Positions 17,898-27,369 of a stretch of 64,000 nt of DNA are shown here, piece after piece. Each line of letters starts with the position of its first letter. The first letter of the stretch is position 1. The translations under genes and the position numbers were made by a program. The notes beneath the pieces are model-generated. The model searched no databases. It was not told the origin of the DNA and worked only from the letters and a program-made list of their open reading frames with translations. Source of the DNA: an uncultured Armatimonadetes bacterium (GTDB taxonomy: Bacteria > Armatimonadota > UBA5829 > DTJY01). The stretch covers positions 3,040,001 through 3,104,000 of the forward strand of contig OY970325.1 of the NCBI GenBank assembly GCA_963717145.1. The letters are read 5' to 3'.

Positions 17898-18902
17898 TCA
17901 CGCGATGTGCTGCAGGGACTCGAGCTGACCCGGAGTGCCGACCACGATCAGCACGTCGCCCTCCCTGATCTCGATGTCCGGCGCCGGACTCGTGGTGAGC
18001 GCGCCTCCCCTGCTTCGGATGGCGATCACGGTGGCGCCTGACTTCTCCCGGATGCCCGACTCGCGCAGTTTCTTCCCAACGAGTTCGGAATCGTGCGTGA
18101 CCGTCACCTCGCCGATCTCCAGTTCGAGGCTCTCGCTGTACACCGCCGTCTCGAGGAAATCGACGACGTTCGGTCGGAGAACCGCCCATGCCATTCGCTT
18201 GCCGCCGAGGATATACGGCGACATCACTCGATCCGCGCCGGCGCGTCGGAGTTTCGGCTCGTCCTCCGCCTTGATCGACCGCGCCACGACGAACAGGTTC
18301 GGATTGAGTCCTTTGGCGGTCAGAGTGATGAACGTGTTGTCCGCATCGGTAGGAGCGACGGAGATCAGACCCTTGGCTCGTTCGACGCCGGCCGCGATCA
18401 GAGCGCTCTCCTCGGTGGCATCTGCTTCGATGAAGATCGCCTTCTCCGACAGCAGTCTGGGCAACTGCACCGGGTTATTCTCCACGACGACGAAGGGAAC
18501 GTTGCGGGATCGGAACTCGGTGGCGATGGCCTGGCCCATTCGTCCGTAGCCGCAGATGATGTAGTGATCCCTGATTCCTTTGATGGCCTTATCCATGCGT
18601 CTCCTCCAGAACAGATGCTGTGTCCTGTCGCTGGTCGCGAGTGCGATCGCATTTGTGATATTCCAGAACACCACGGTGAATATCGTGCCGACTCCGGCAA
18701 GCGCGAGGACGATCGTGAATATCATGCCGGCGGGTGAAAGCGGCTTGACCTCTCTGTACCCCACGGTGGTCAGGGTGATGACGGTCATGTAGAGGGCGTC
18801 GAGGAACGACATCTGTTCGATGACGATGTAGCCAACCGTGCCGAGACCGATGAGCGCTATGACGACCAGAGCCGCGAATCTGAGATGTCGATACGATTCC
18901 AT
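17898..18902 (-). CDS. Potassium channel with TrkA-N/TrkA-C (RCK) domains
   Basis: TLTTVGY selectivity filter, ICGYGRMG Rossmann motif, TrkA-C. Confidence 0.92.
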   Translation of the reverse strand: MESYRHLRFAALVVIALIGLGTVGYIVIEQMSFLDALYMTVITLTTVGYREVKPLSPAGMIFTIVLALAGVGTIFTVVFWNITNAIALATSDRTQHLFWRRRMDKAIKGIRDHYIICGYGRMGQAIATEFRSRNVPFVVVENNPVQLPRLLSEKAIFIEADATEESALIAAGVERAKGLISVAPTDADNTFITLTAKGLNPNLFVVARSIKAEDEPKLRRAGADRVMSPYILGGKRMAWAVLRPNVVDFLETAVYSESLELEIGEVTVTHDSELVGKKLRESGIREKSGATVIAIRSRGGALTTSPAPDIEIREGDVLIVVGTPGQLESLQHIA

Positions 18903-18969
18903 GTCACCTTCCAGGCGATCCGGACTAGCTTCCTATTACACCCGATGAGCGGGTAGTCCTGCTGGTCAG

Positions 18970-19078
18970 GTGATCGTAATGTAGGGGCGTGCCTTGTGCC
19001 GCCCGCAACCGGCGTGCCTTGTGCCGCCAGACACGCCGGTTGCGGGCGGCACAAGGCACGCCCCTACATTACGATCAC
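18970..19078. repeat. GTAG-type REP doublet, 47-bp arms, overlapping the tsaD stop
   Basis: GTGATCGTAATGTAGGGGCGTGCC... and its reverse complement. Confidence 0.85.
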
Positions 19079-20064
19079 GCCAGCGGTTGGCTCGCGATGG
19101 TATCGAGGTCGAGGCCGTCGATATCGCCGCGCAGGACGTGATGGTAGCCCGCGCAGGCGATCATGGCCGCGTTGTCGGTGCAGAGTCGCGGGGGAGGATA
19201 GGAGAGTTCGATCCCGCGACTGTCGCACACTTCCTGCATCGAACGCTTGAGGCCCGAGTTCGCCGCGACGCCCCCGCCGAGCGCAACTCGCTCGATGCCG
19301 GTCTGCTCGACGGCCCGCATCGTGGTGCTCACCAGCATCTCCACAACTGCGGCCTGGAAGCTCGCGGCGAGGTCCTCGATCGGGACCTCGCCTCCGTGAG
19401 CCTGGAAGTGCCTGACGACGGCGGTCTTGATCCCACTGAAGCTGAAGTCGAGCCCATCGACCTTGGAGCGGGGGAAGCGCACTGCCTCCGGGTTCCCATC
19501 CTTCGCAAGTGAATCGATGATAGGGCCGCCGGGATATCCGAGTCCCATCGCGCGCGCGGACTTGTCGAACGCCTCACCCGACGCGTCGTCCCTCGTGCGA
19601 CCGAGAATCCTGTACTCACCGTGTCCGCTCACCAGCACGAGGTCCGTGTGGCCGCCGGAGACGATCAGGCAGACGAACGGGAACTGCAGGCCGGGATTCG
19701 CCAGGAAGTTGGCATAGATGTGGCCTTCGAGGTGATGGACTCCGACGAGCGGGAGGTTCAACGCGGCCGAAATCGCCTTCGCCGCCGAGACACCGACGAG
19801 GAGCGCTCCGAGCAGGCCGGGACGATTGGTGACGGCGATCGCATCGACGTCCCTGAGCGTGAGATCGGCCTTATCGAGCGCCTCCCGGATCACGATGTTG
19901 ATCAGCTCGACGTGCTTGCGAGAGGCGATTTCCGGCACGATCCCGCCGAAACGGGCATGGAGATCGATCTGAGATGCTATGACATCGGAGAGTATCTTGC
20001 AGCCGTCTTCAACGATTGAGGAGGATGTGTCGTCGCAGCTTGTCTCGATGCCGAGAACTCTCAT
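19075..20064 (-). CDS. tsaD: tRNA N6-adenosine threonylcarbamoyltransferase
   Basis: MRVLGIETSCDDT, HHLEGH, VSGGHT, FSFSGIKT, GGVAAN, CTDNAAMIA. Confidence 0.96.
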   Translation of the reverse strand: MRVLGIETSCDDTSSSIVEDGCKILSDVIASQIDLHARFGGIVPEIASRKHVELINIVIREALDKADLTLRDVDAIAVTNRPGLLGALLVGVSAAKAISAALNLPLVGVHHLEGHIYANFLANPGLQFPFVCLIVSGGHTDLVLVSGHGEYRILGRTRDDASGEAFDKSARAMGLGYPGGPIIDSLAKDGNPEAVRFPRSKVDGLDFSFSGIKTAVVRHFQAHGGEVPIEDLAASFQAAVVEMLVSTTMRAVEQTGIERVALGGGVAANSGLKRSMQEVCDSRGIELSYPPPRLCTDNAAMIACAGYHHVLRGDIDGLDLDTIASQPLA

Positions 20065-20594
20065 TGCTCGACCGCGAGCCGTTCCTTGTGCTGCCGGAAC
20101 AGGCGAAGGAACTCGGCGCTCCACATGTCGTCCACCCACATGACGAAAGCGTCCTCTTCATTGTCGGTGTAGTACCCCTTGCGGATGGCGACAGTGTGGA
20201 AGTTGTACTTGTGGTAGAGGTTCTGCGCGATCGAATTGGTGCGCCGGACTTCGAGGGTGGCTCTCCGCGCGCCGCGGTGGACTGCTTCGTCGAGGAGGTC
20301 GATGAGGATGCGCTCGCCGATCTTCCGTCCCCTGAACTCCGGATCGACGCCGACCGTCGTGATGTGGGCCTCGTCCATGATGAGCCACATGCCGGCGTAT
20401 CCGACGATCCGGCCTCCCGAGCGGGCGACGATGTAGTATGCAGAAGGATTGCGGACCTCTGTGTTGTAAGCGCCGGCCGACCAGGGCAGAGGGAAGCATT
20501 GCTGATCGAGTTCGGCGACACGCTCGACATCCTCGGGCTGCATGCGTTCGATAGCTATGAAAACGTGGTCTGTTACCGGCTTCTTAATCGCCAT
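20061..20594 (-). CDS. rimI: Ribosomal protein S18 alanine N-acetyltransferase
   Basis: EAHITTVGV, FRGRKIG, TLEVR, RKGYY..EDA; precedes tsaD. Confidence 0.9.
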   Translation of the reverse strand: MAIKKPVTDHVFIAIERMQPEDVERVAELDQQCFPLPWSAGAYNTEVRNPSAYYIVARSGGRIVGYAGMWLIMDEAHITTVGVDPEFRGRKIGERILIDLLDEAVHRGARRATLEVRRTNSIAQNLYHKYNFHTVAIRKGYYTDNEEDAFVMWVDDMWSAEFLRLFRQHKERLAVEQ

Positions 20595-20650
20595 CCCAGG
20601 GCTCCTCGCCGCAGTCTAGCATACCGAATCTGAGGGTGTCAAACGGCGGG

Positions 20651-20735
20651 GGGAGACATTAGACATGAGACTCTAGACCCTAGACCTTGGGAGGTCCGTA
20701 GCCAAAGTCTAATGTCTTAGGTCTAAGGTCTCCCC
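20651..20735. repeat. Heptamer (TAGACNN) inverted tandem-repeat element
   Basis: AGACATT AGACATG AGACTCT AGACCCT AGACCTT ... AGTCTAA TGTCTTA GGTCTAA GGTCTCC. Confidence 0.75.
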
Positions 20736-20774
20736 GTCACAGAGTACCCTCGGGCCGTCTGCGGGAAACGCGGA

Positions 20775-21823
20775 CTAGCCGAGGGTGAAGGAGAACGTCT
20801 CTCGCTTGCGGTAGTTCCTCGGGATGCCGCCCTGGACCGCCGGCTTGTACTTCCGACCGCTCACGCAGTCGGTCGCGGCGCGGTCGAGGTCCGAGTTGCC
20901 TGATGCACTGCTGACCTTGACGCCGACGACTTTGCCCTCGGTGTCGATCGTGTACTCGACGGAAACTGTGCCCTCGATCCCCTTCCGTTTCGCGGACTCG
21001 GGATACTTCGGGCTCTTCGGGCCGCTGACCAGTTCCGGAACGGACCTGTCGGCGAGCGTGGAGACGAACTTGGGCTTGCAGACGGTACACTTGGAGTCGG
21101 GCTGCCTGCCCGGACGATACGACTTCACGACCGTGTGATCGCAATTGGCGCACGGAAGCATGCCCGAGTCGGTGCAGACTCGCACATCGACGTCCGCCGG
21201 CGGAGGTGGTGGTGGCGGTGGAGGTGGTGGTGGAGCGGGTCCTTGCCGGGACCGGGTGCCGCATTCTTGACGGGCTCGGGCTTGCCGACACCCTCGCCGC
21301 TGCCCGATCCGGAACCCTTGCCGCCGGGACTGCCCGGGACCCATCCTGTGGGTGTCTTCCCGCTGCCGCCGAGGTCTTGACCGTTCTTGCTGCCTGAGCC
21401 GGTGTTGAGCGCGCCGCCGGGATCGCCCGCGGGCTTGACGGGAGCGACGGGCGGTCGATGGAATATGTTCGTGATGCCCGAGAACAGGCTGGGCTTCGCT
21501 GGAGGAGTCGGGGCCTTTGCGGGCTGCGGCTTCGACGGCCGGTTGACTATCTTCGGCCTCGGCTTCGGCACAGGGGCAGTCTGAAGTCTCTCCGGCGCAG
21601 GAAGGGAGACGCGATCGGGCTCGACCGGGTCAGGCTCGGCCGGCTTCACTGCCTCCGGTACGGCTTTCGGCTCGTCAGGAAGGTCGACGACCTTGACCTG
21701 CACGAGCTTGAGGTCCTCCGGCACGATCGAACGCGCCGCATAGCTCGCCCCGACGCACACCAGGACGACCAGATGCAGCCCGATGGAGACCGCCAATGTA
21801 TACTTGAGAAGCTTATCGCCCAT
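20775..21823 (-). CDS. tonB: Energy transducer TonB; apparent frameshift near 21240
   Basis: SIGLH TM motif, Pro/Gly linker, TonB_C (PKYPESAKRKGIEGTV...SSASGNSDLDRAA...YKPA) split over ORFs 21125..21823 and 20775..21344. Confidence 0.85.
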
Positions 21824-21826
21824 GCG

Positions 21827-22240
21827 CTAACTCTTCTTTGCTTTCGGCTCCGTGGCGATGGTCAGAAGCTCCGCGCCGGCCCGCTTGGCCTCGTCCATGA
21901 CTTCGATTCCCCTGCCCCAGTTGTTCTGCTTGTCGCAGTTGATCACGACCACAGTCTTCGGGTTGTCCTGCAGCCTCGCCCTGAGCATGGGATAGATCTG
22001 TTCGAAATCGACGCGGCGCTTATCGACGTAGTATGCGCCGGTCTCGGTGACCGTCACGACCGTCTTCACCATCGAGCGGTCTGTCGCCATCCCCGACTTG
22101 GGGAGGTTGACCGGCATGCCCTTCATGGTCGTCATCGCGAGCGACGCGATCATGAAGAACACGAGGAGGAAGAAGACGGTGTCGATCATCGGGATGATCT
22201 CGATGCGCGCCTTCTTAGGCTCCGATCGCTTTAGCCTCAT
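21827..22240 (-). CDS. exbD: Biopolymer transporter ExbD/TolR
   Basis: IEIIPMIDTVFFLLVFFM, VNLP. Confidence 0.92.
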   Translation of the reverse strand: MRLKRSEPKKARIEIIPMIDTVFFLLVFFMIASLAMTTMKGMPVNLPKSGMATDRSMVKTVVTVTETGAYYVDKRRVDFEQIYPMLRARLQDNPKTVVVINCDKQNNWGRGIEVMDEAKRAGAELLTIATEPKAKKS

Positions 22241-22883
22241 TGCGCTCCTCCGTGCCGGATGTAAGAATGTTGACGAGTCTGGTGCCGTGAATCTCCATGT
22301 CGCTGATGATGCCCTTGGCCTTCTCGGTGAGATAGTTGTAGGCGATCAGCGTGACGATGGCGATGGCAAGACCGGTGGCAGTGGCGATCAGGGCCTCGGC
22401 GACGCCGCCGGTGATGGCGGTCGGCGTCCCCATCCCGGACTTGGTCGAGATGACGTTGAACGACCGGATCATGCCGGTGACAGTCCCGAGCAGACCGAGC
22501 AGCGGCGCGATCGTGATGATCGTATCGAGGATATGCAGGCGCTTGAAGACCTCGGGGGTCATCTTGATCGCATGCTCCTCCATGCAGTGCTCGGCAGACG
22601 TTGCATCTCCCTGGGCGCACGTGAGTCCGCTCGCGAGCATGGCTCCCGTGGGGGTGCCGGCTCGCTCGCAGGCCTGAATGGCTTCACGATACTTCCCGAG
22701 CGCGAGATGGTTCTCGATCCGGGCCATCAAACCGACCGAGTCGCCGGACGCCTCCCTGAGGCGCATGAAGCGCTCGATGATGACGGCGATGGCTACGATC
22801 GAGCATGCCATGAGCGGCACCATGACGGGTCCGCCCTTGACCAGAAAACCGAAGGCGTTGCCTAACCAGAGACATATGGTCAT
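22215..22883 (-). CDS. exbB: MotA/TolQ/ExbB proton channel
   Basis: APLLGLLGTVTGMI, GGVAEALIATATGL. Confidence 0.92.
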   Translation of the reverse strand: MTICLWLGNAFGFLVKGGPVMVPLMACSIVAIAVIIERFMRLREASGDSVGLMARIENHLALGKYREAIQACERAGTPTGAMLASGLTCAQGDATSAEHCMEEHAIKMTPEVFKRLHILDTIITIAPLLGLLGTVTGMIRSFNVISTKSGMGTPTAITGGVAEALIATATGLAIAIVTLIAYNYLTEKAKGIISDMEIHGTRLVNILTSGTEERNEAKAIGA

Positions 22884-22982
22884 TCCCTCCCCAGATCAAG
22901 GCATAGCGAAGCTGTTCCCGAGGCGCAGTTCGGCCCGGGGCTTAGCTCAATTATCGGCAGAACGTGCTGGGATTTGCAGGGG

Positions 22983-23024
22983 GATGGGGGATGGTTGATG
23001 GCTGATGGTTGATGGTTAATGGGG
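22983..23024. repeat. Heptamer (ATGGTTG)n, single arm
   Basis: ATGGTTG ATGGCTG ATGGTTG ATGGTTA ATGGGG. Confidence 0.8.
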
Positions 23025-23083
23025 AGACGGGAGGCCTGCCTTGGCGGGAACCACCGCTGGCGGAATGCGAGCGGCGGACGATG

Positions 23084-24427
23084 CTAGTGCAGCGCCTTGA
23101 GACGGTCCCTGGCGATATCGACCGCCATACTATTGGGAAACTCGATGGTTATCCTGGTGTACAACACTTTGGCCTCGTCCTCGTAACCTGCAAGATAGTA
23201 GTCCGTGGCCACGAAGTAGATGTTTTCCGCATCATCCGGGGCCATCTGAAGCCGAACTGTGCTCACTTCGAAGGCACTCTTGTTGTCGCCCAACTCGATA
23301 TACAGGCTGGCCGCGTCACCTAGCAGCCTGAGCCTATCCTGCTTCCGATGGTAGAACTTCGGATGCGTAATCAGATACTCATATGCCCTTGTGCCTGCAC
23401 GATACGTGTCTCTCGCCTCTGCGGGATGACCTGTCTTCTCGTAGATCTCGCCTAGCTGCCGGTAGCAGTCCAGGACCTTATACCTGTCGCCGTAGTCCCG
23501 GAAGCATGACTTGAGCATCGAGATCGCGGACTCGGTGTCTCCGTTCGACCAAAGGACCTCGGCCTGATCACTACACTCCGACGGCGCGCGTACATACGTT
23601 AACATGCCGGCCTGCCAGATGCCTGTCGTCAGCAGTAAGAGGGCTGTTATTATACTTAGCGGCTGTGCAGTCAGACGCTCCTTGATGCTCTTCCGAGCCC
23701 ATTCGGCCTGAACATCTCGACCATCCAGGTAACCGGTGATCCACCGGTAGTACCATGGGATGATGCTGGCAAGCCCGATAAACAATAATACTCTCAGCGG
23801 CCAGACCGCCCAGCCCGGCATGAACAGAGACTGGGTGAACCCAAACGCAAGGAATACTGACACTGCCAGATGCGCTAGCATAAGCAGGCTGACAAAGCTC
23901 CATCGGTACAGGGGATTCTTGGCGATGGTGTGCCTCAGACTGGTTTCGTCCCTCTCGTACTCCGGCAAGCCTCGGGTTGTTGTACGCCTGATGACCAGAG
24001 CGCCGATTATGCCAAGGCCGCCTCCGACAATGACTAGAAGAGCGACCTCCAAAAACCAGCGCAGCCAGTCAGGGCCGACCCCGGCCAGACCGTGCCCGAA
24101 GGATAACAACACAAATGCCAGTCCGCCAACGATGAGGCCCAGAAGACCACCAGGGAGACAGCCCATCCGCCAAGACATGGCAAATGCGCCACGTATCCTT
24201 GAACGAACCTCACCATTGTAATCGTTCCAGTACTCAGCCGGCGGATCGTCCGAGACTGACTCGCCGAGAATGCGCCCGAGTGATCGCTCCCGCTCTATCT
24301 CCGTACGGCAATCGGGGCAGCCCGAGATGTGCTCCTCCAACTGGCGGCGGGTGTCATCGTCGAGTTCGCCGCTGCAGTATTGCGGTATCAGGTCTCTTGC
24401 TTTCGAACAGTCCATTTCGGGTTCCAA
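23084..24427 (-). CDS. Zinc-binding (zf-HC2) anti-sigma factor with several TM helices and C-terminal TPRs
   Basis: HISGCPDC motif, about 5 hydrophobic segments, TPR-like helices ending FPNS..A..A. Confidence 0.8.
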   Translation of the reverse strand: MEPEMDCSKARDLIPQYCSGELDDDTRRQLEEHISGCPDCRTEIERERSLGRILGESVSDDPPAEYWNDYNGEVRSRIRGAFAMSWRMGCLPGGLLGLIVGGLAFVLLSFGHGLAGVGPDWLRWFLEVALLVIVGGGLGIIGALVIRRTTTRGLPEYERDETSLRHTIAKNPLYRWSFVSLLMLAHLAVSVFLAFGFTQSLFMPGWAVWPLRVLLFIGLASIIPWYYRWITGYLDGRDVQAEWARKSIKERLTAQPLSIITALLLLTTGIWQAGMLTYVRAPSECSDQAEVLWSNGDTESAISMLKSCFRDYGDRYKVLDCYRQLGEIYEKTGHPAEARDTYRAGTRAYEYLITHPKFYHRKQDRLRLLGDAASLYIELGDNKSAFEVSTVRLQMAPDDAENIYFVATDYYLAGYEDEAKVLYTRITIEFPNSMAVDIARDRLKALH

Positions 24428-24442
24428 TCAGCTATCGCCGCC

Positions 24443-24994
24443 CTATGAGATCAAATCAGCCAGTCGCCCTCGCATCTTGCATCTGGCGGCACTCAGTCGT
24501 GACCAGACAGTGCCGACCGGGCAACCGAGTGCGTCCGCGATCTCCGTCTGCTTCAGGCCTTCCATGTAGTAGAGCAGCACAACCGCGCGCTCGGCGGGAT
24601 CGAGTTCCATGATGGCAGTCCGCACGCTGTCCCGCACCATGCTTCGCTCGGCATCGGCGGACGGTGATTCCGCGGACTCAATCTCCTGGTCGTCGAGGGA
24701 TGCAGGCGCGACTCTCTCGGAGTACCGGATGCAAAGGTTCACCAGTATCTTCCGGAGCCACGGGCCGAAGCTCTCGGGGTTCTTGAGTTGCCGGATGCGC
24801 TTGAACGCCTGAACGAACGCCTCCTGGGAGAGATCGTCCGCCGCATCGTGATTCTGGGTAATTGCCCTCGCAAGGCGGTAGATGCTCTTCCGGTAGCGCT
24901 CGACCAGGAGGTCGAATGCATCCATTGAGCCGCCCCGGGTTCGGCCCACCAGTTCGCGGTCGTTCAGTTGTCGCTCGCAGCCCGCGTCCGACAA
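24443..24994 (-). CDS. ECF RNA polymerase sigma factor
   Basis: AFDLLVERY, DDLSQEAF, FGPWL, EIADALGCPVGTVWSRL. Confidence 0.93.
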   Translation of the reverse strand: MSDAGCERQLNDRELVGRTRGGSMDAFDLLVERYRKSIYRLARAITQNHDAADDLSQEAFVQAFKRIRQLKNPESFGPWLRKILVNLCIRYSERVAPASLDDQEIESAESPSADAERSMVRDSVRTAIMELDPAERAVVLLYYMEGLKQTEIADALGCPVGTVWSRLSAARCKMRGRLADLIS

Positions 24995-25085
24995 GGGTCA
25001 CCTCGGTATCAGTCGTGCCTCACAATGGTAGATGCGCATCATGCCGAAAACCTTCGCAGATTCCGTGGAGAGTGTAGAGGGGGCG

Positions 25086-25123
25086 TTGTATGGGGAGGGA
25101 CTCGGAATCCCTCCCCATACAAC
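25086..25123. terminator. Hairpin, probable terminator
   Basis: GTTGTATGGGGAGGGA / TCCCTCCCCATACAAC. Confidence 0.6.
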
Positions 25124-25149
25124 CGAATGTCGGGTCAGATATAAGTTGT

Positions 25150-26244
25150 TCAGTGTGACGACGAGAGCGGTTTGGCGATGGGCTTCTTGTCACCCCGGTC
25201 GAGTTCGGCGCAGTAAACTACGTTGCTCTTGACCCAAATGACCCGGTTGCCGCTGACGGAAGGCCCCTGATCGGAGATGTCCTTGCTGATCTTGAACTCC
25301 TGGGCTCCGGGAGTGGTCAACATGCCATAGACGTAACAGACCTTCCCCTGGGGCTTCAGGTAGACGAGCAGACCGTCATCGATGTCGAGGTAGCTGGTAC
25401 CCTCCGCGATCCGGCCACGGTACTGCTCTGTGGCGATATCATAGCTGTAGATGCCACCGGGTTCGCCTGCGCCATACCATACGACGGTCTTACCATCAGT
25501 AGCGGAGTTGGAACACTCCATGCCGGTATCCTCGCCTATGGGAGCCAGACGTTGCCTCGATATCTGGTACACATGGATGCGTCCGCGGTCACATACCGTT
25601 GTCCACGTTACATAGTCGCCGCCGATCGAGATCCCGGCATTCATGTTGCCTTTCGAGGGGTTGCAGATCCGCTGGGAGCGCCCCGTGCGCATGTCGGCAA
25701 GATAGACATGTCCGCCATTTACGTAAGCCACCCAGTGGTCCTGAATAACCGGGAAGGCCGTGGTGAAGCTTGCCAAAGGCGGGGAGTAGTAGACTCCCGT
25801 GGTCAGATCGCACACCAACAGGTTCGACGGCATCTGCTGGTTCGGCTCGCCATTCAGCGTCCGAAGTGTCTGCTGCGCGCTGGTCTTGCCGGTCCAGGTG
25901 ACGTAGTTGCCGTTTACGTCGGGCTGGTATGATCCTTCGGGCCACAACGTGTACACCTTCTTGGTGACCACGTTGCAGATGACGACCTGCGCCGTGGCAT
26001 TCGGGTTCTTCTGGTCGGTGTTGTAGATGGCCACCACCCAGTCGCCGGAGATCCTGGGCCGGAGGATGCGGCCTTCGGGAAACGGGAGTTTGTACTCCTT
26101 GAGGACCGTGGCGGTAAGCGGATCGGCTTTGTGAACCGCCGGTTGAGTAGCACGGACCTCCGAATCGGCGGCTGACCACGCGGGGGACACTAGTACTACT
26201 AGTGCCGAGATGGTTAATGCGATGACTACGAGCCTTGCTTTCAT
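25150..26244 (-). CDS. Secreted beta-propeller (TolB-like) repeat protein
   Basis: Signal peptide MKARLVVIAL with GGAGGGG RBS; repeats PRISGDWVV, PDVNGNYVTW, ISIGGDYVTW, PSVSGNRVIW. Confidence 0.75.
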   Translation of the reverse strand: MKARLVVIALTISALVVLVSPAWSAADSEVRATQPAVHKADPLTATVLKEYKLPFPEGRILRPRISGDWVVAIYNTDQKNPNATAQVVICNVVTKKVYTLWPEGSYQPDVNGNYVTWTGKTSAQQTLRTLNGEPNQQMPSNLLVCDLTTGVYYSPPLASFTTAFPVIQDHWVAYVNGGHVYLADMRTGRSQRICNPSKGNMNAGISIGGDYVTWTTVCDRGRIHVYQISRQRLAPIGEDTGMECSNSATDGKTVVWYGAGEPGGIYSYDIATEQYRGRIAEGTSYLDIDDGLLVYLKPQGKVCYVYGMLTTPGAQEFKISKDISDQGPSVSGNRVIWVKSNVVYCAELDRGDKKPIAKPLSSSH

Positions 26245-26469
26245 GGTGACTTCCCCTCCATGCCTCGTTAGATATGGACTGCCGTCAGCCGGGATTACCC
26301 ACGTCAAGATCAGGGATTCGTATCGCTTGCTGACCACTCAACTTGTCTTTCCAAGTATACCATATTTCCGTGGCAGCAACACGAATCATCCGCCATCAGA
26401 TGTACGATCTGCGGAAAACTGGTATAATCCCGCCGGTGCTCCCTGCGGGCCGGAAGGTGAGGATACATC

Positions 26470-27285
26470 ATGGATCTCTTCTCGGGTGCTTTCTGGAGTG
26501 GTCTCCTGACTGTGATCTTGCTGAGGATCTGGGACATCGCGAAGATCCTGATCTTCTTCGTGGTCGTGCGATTCATCGCGTATCGGCTGATCAACCGCGT
26601 GCTCAACGCTTTCTGCAGCCGGGAGAGCGCCGGGCCGACCCCGATCAACACCGGCCGCGTCCGAACACTCGGCAGCCTCGTCAAGAGCACGGTATCCTAC
26701 ACGCTGATCTTCATCTCGGGCGTGATGCTGCTGCGGGTCTTCAACATCGATATCGCACCGGTGCTGACCGCCGCGGGAGTCGTCGGGCTGGCGGTCGGAT
26801 TCGGCGCGCAGAAACTCGTGCGTGATATCATCGCCGGGTTCTTCATCGTGCTGGAGAACCAGTACTCGGTCGGGGACTACATCACCATCGGCGCGGTCAC
26901 GGGAACGGTCGCCGAGTTGGGGATGCGGATCACTCAGCTCAGGGACGACGTGGGCAAGCTGGTGATCATCGCGAACGGCGACATCATACAGGTGACGAAC
27001 CACTCCCGCGGCCCGATCCAGGCGATCCTGGAGATCAGCATCGCGGCGGACTCCGATCTCGACAAAGCCCGCTCGATCATCGACGATATCGGCAGGGGCT
27101 TGGAATCGAGCGTCAAGGGAGTCGTGACGGCTCCGAAGGCGGACGGGATCACTGCGGCGGATGCGGCCAAGCTGACCATCCGCGTGTCCGGCGAGGTCAA
27201 GCCGGGCAGATCGGACGCGGTTCAGTCCTCCCTCAGGGAGGCCATCCGCGCACGGTTCGCGCAGGAAGGGATCAAGCTGGTGTAA
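26470..27285 (+). CDS. MscS-family mechanosensitive channel
   Basis: GLAVGFGAQKLVRDIIAGFFI, ENQYSVGDYI, GTVAELGMRIT. Confidence 0.93.
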   Translation: MDLFSGAFWSGLLTVILLRIWDIAKILIFFVVVRFIAYRLINRVLNAFCSRESAGPTPINTGRVRTLGSLVKSTVSYTLIFISGVMLLRVFNIDIAPVLTAAGVVGLAVGFGAQKLVRDIIAGFFIVLENQYSVGDYITIGAVTGTVAELGMRITQLRDDVGKLVIIANGDIIQVTNHSRGPIQAILEISIAADSDLDKARSIIDDIGRGLESSVKGVVTAPKADGITAADAAKLTIRVSGEVKPGRSDAVQSSLREAIRARFAQEGIKLV

Positions 27286-27317
27286 CCCCATGATGTTGGG
27301 TAGGGAACGTGCCGCCG

Positions 27318-27347
27318 TTGACATTCACCTCTAAAATCGCCTAGAAT
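27318..27347 (+). promoter_or_regulatory. Sigma-70 promoter of hisS
   Basis: TTGACA-N18-TAGAAT. Confidence 0.7.
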
Positions 27348-27369
27348 GTCGCAAGGAGGTAAGCTACCG

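Noticed and set aside
22885-22980. Cobalamin riboswitch upstream of exbB
   Set aside because: Too short and no convincing B12 box
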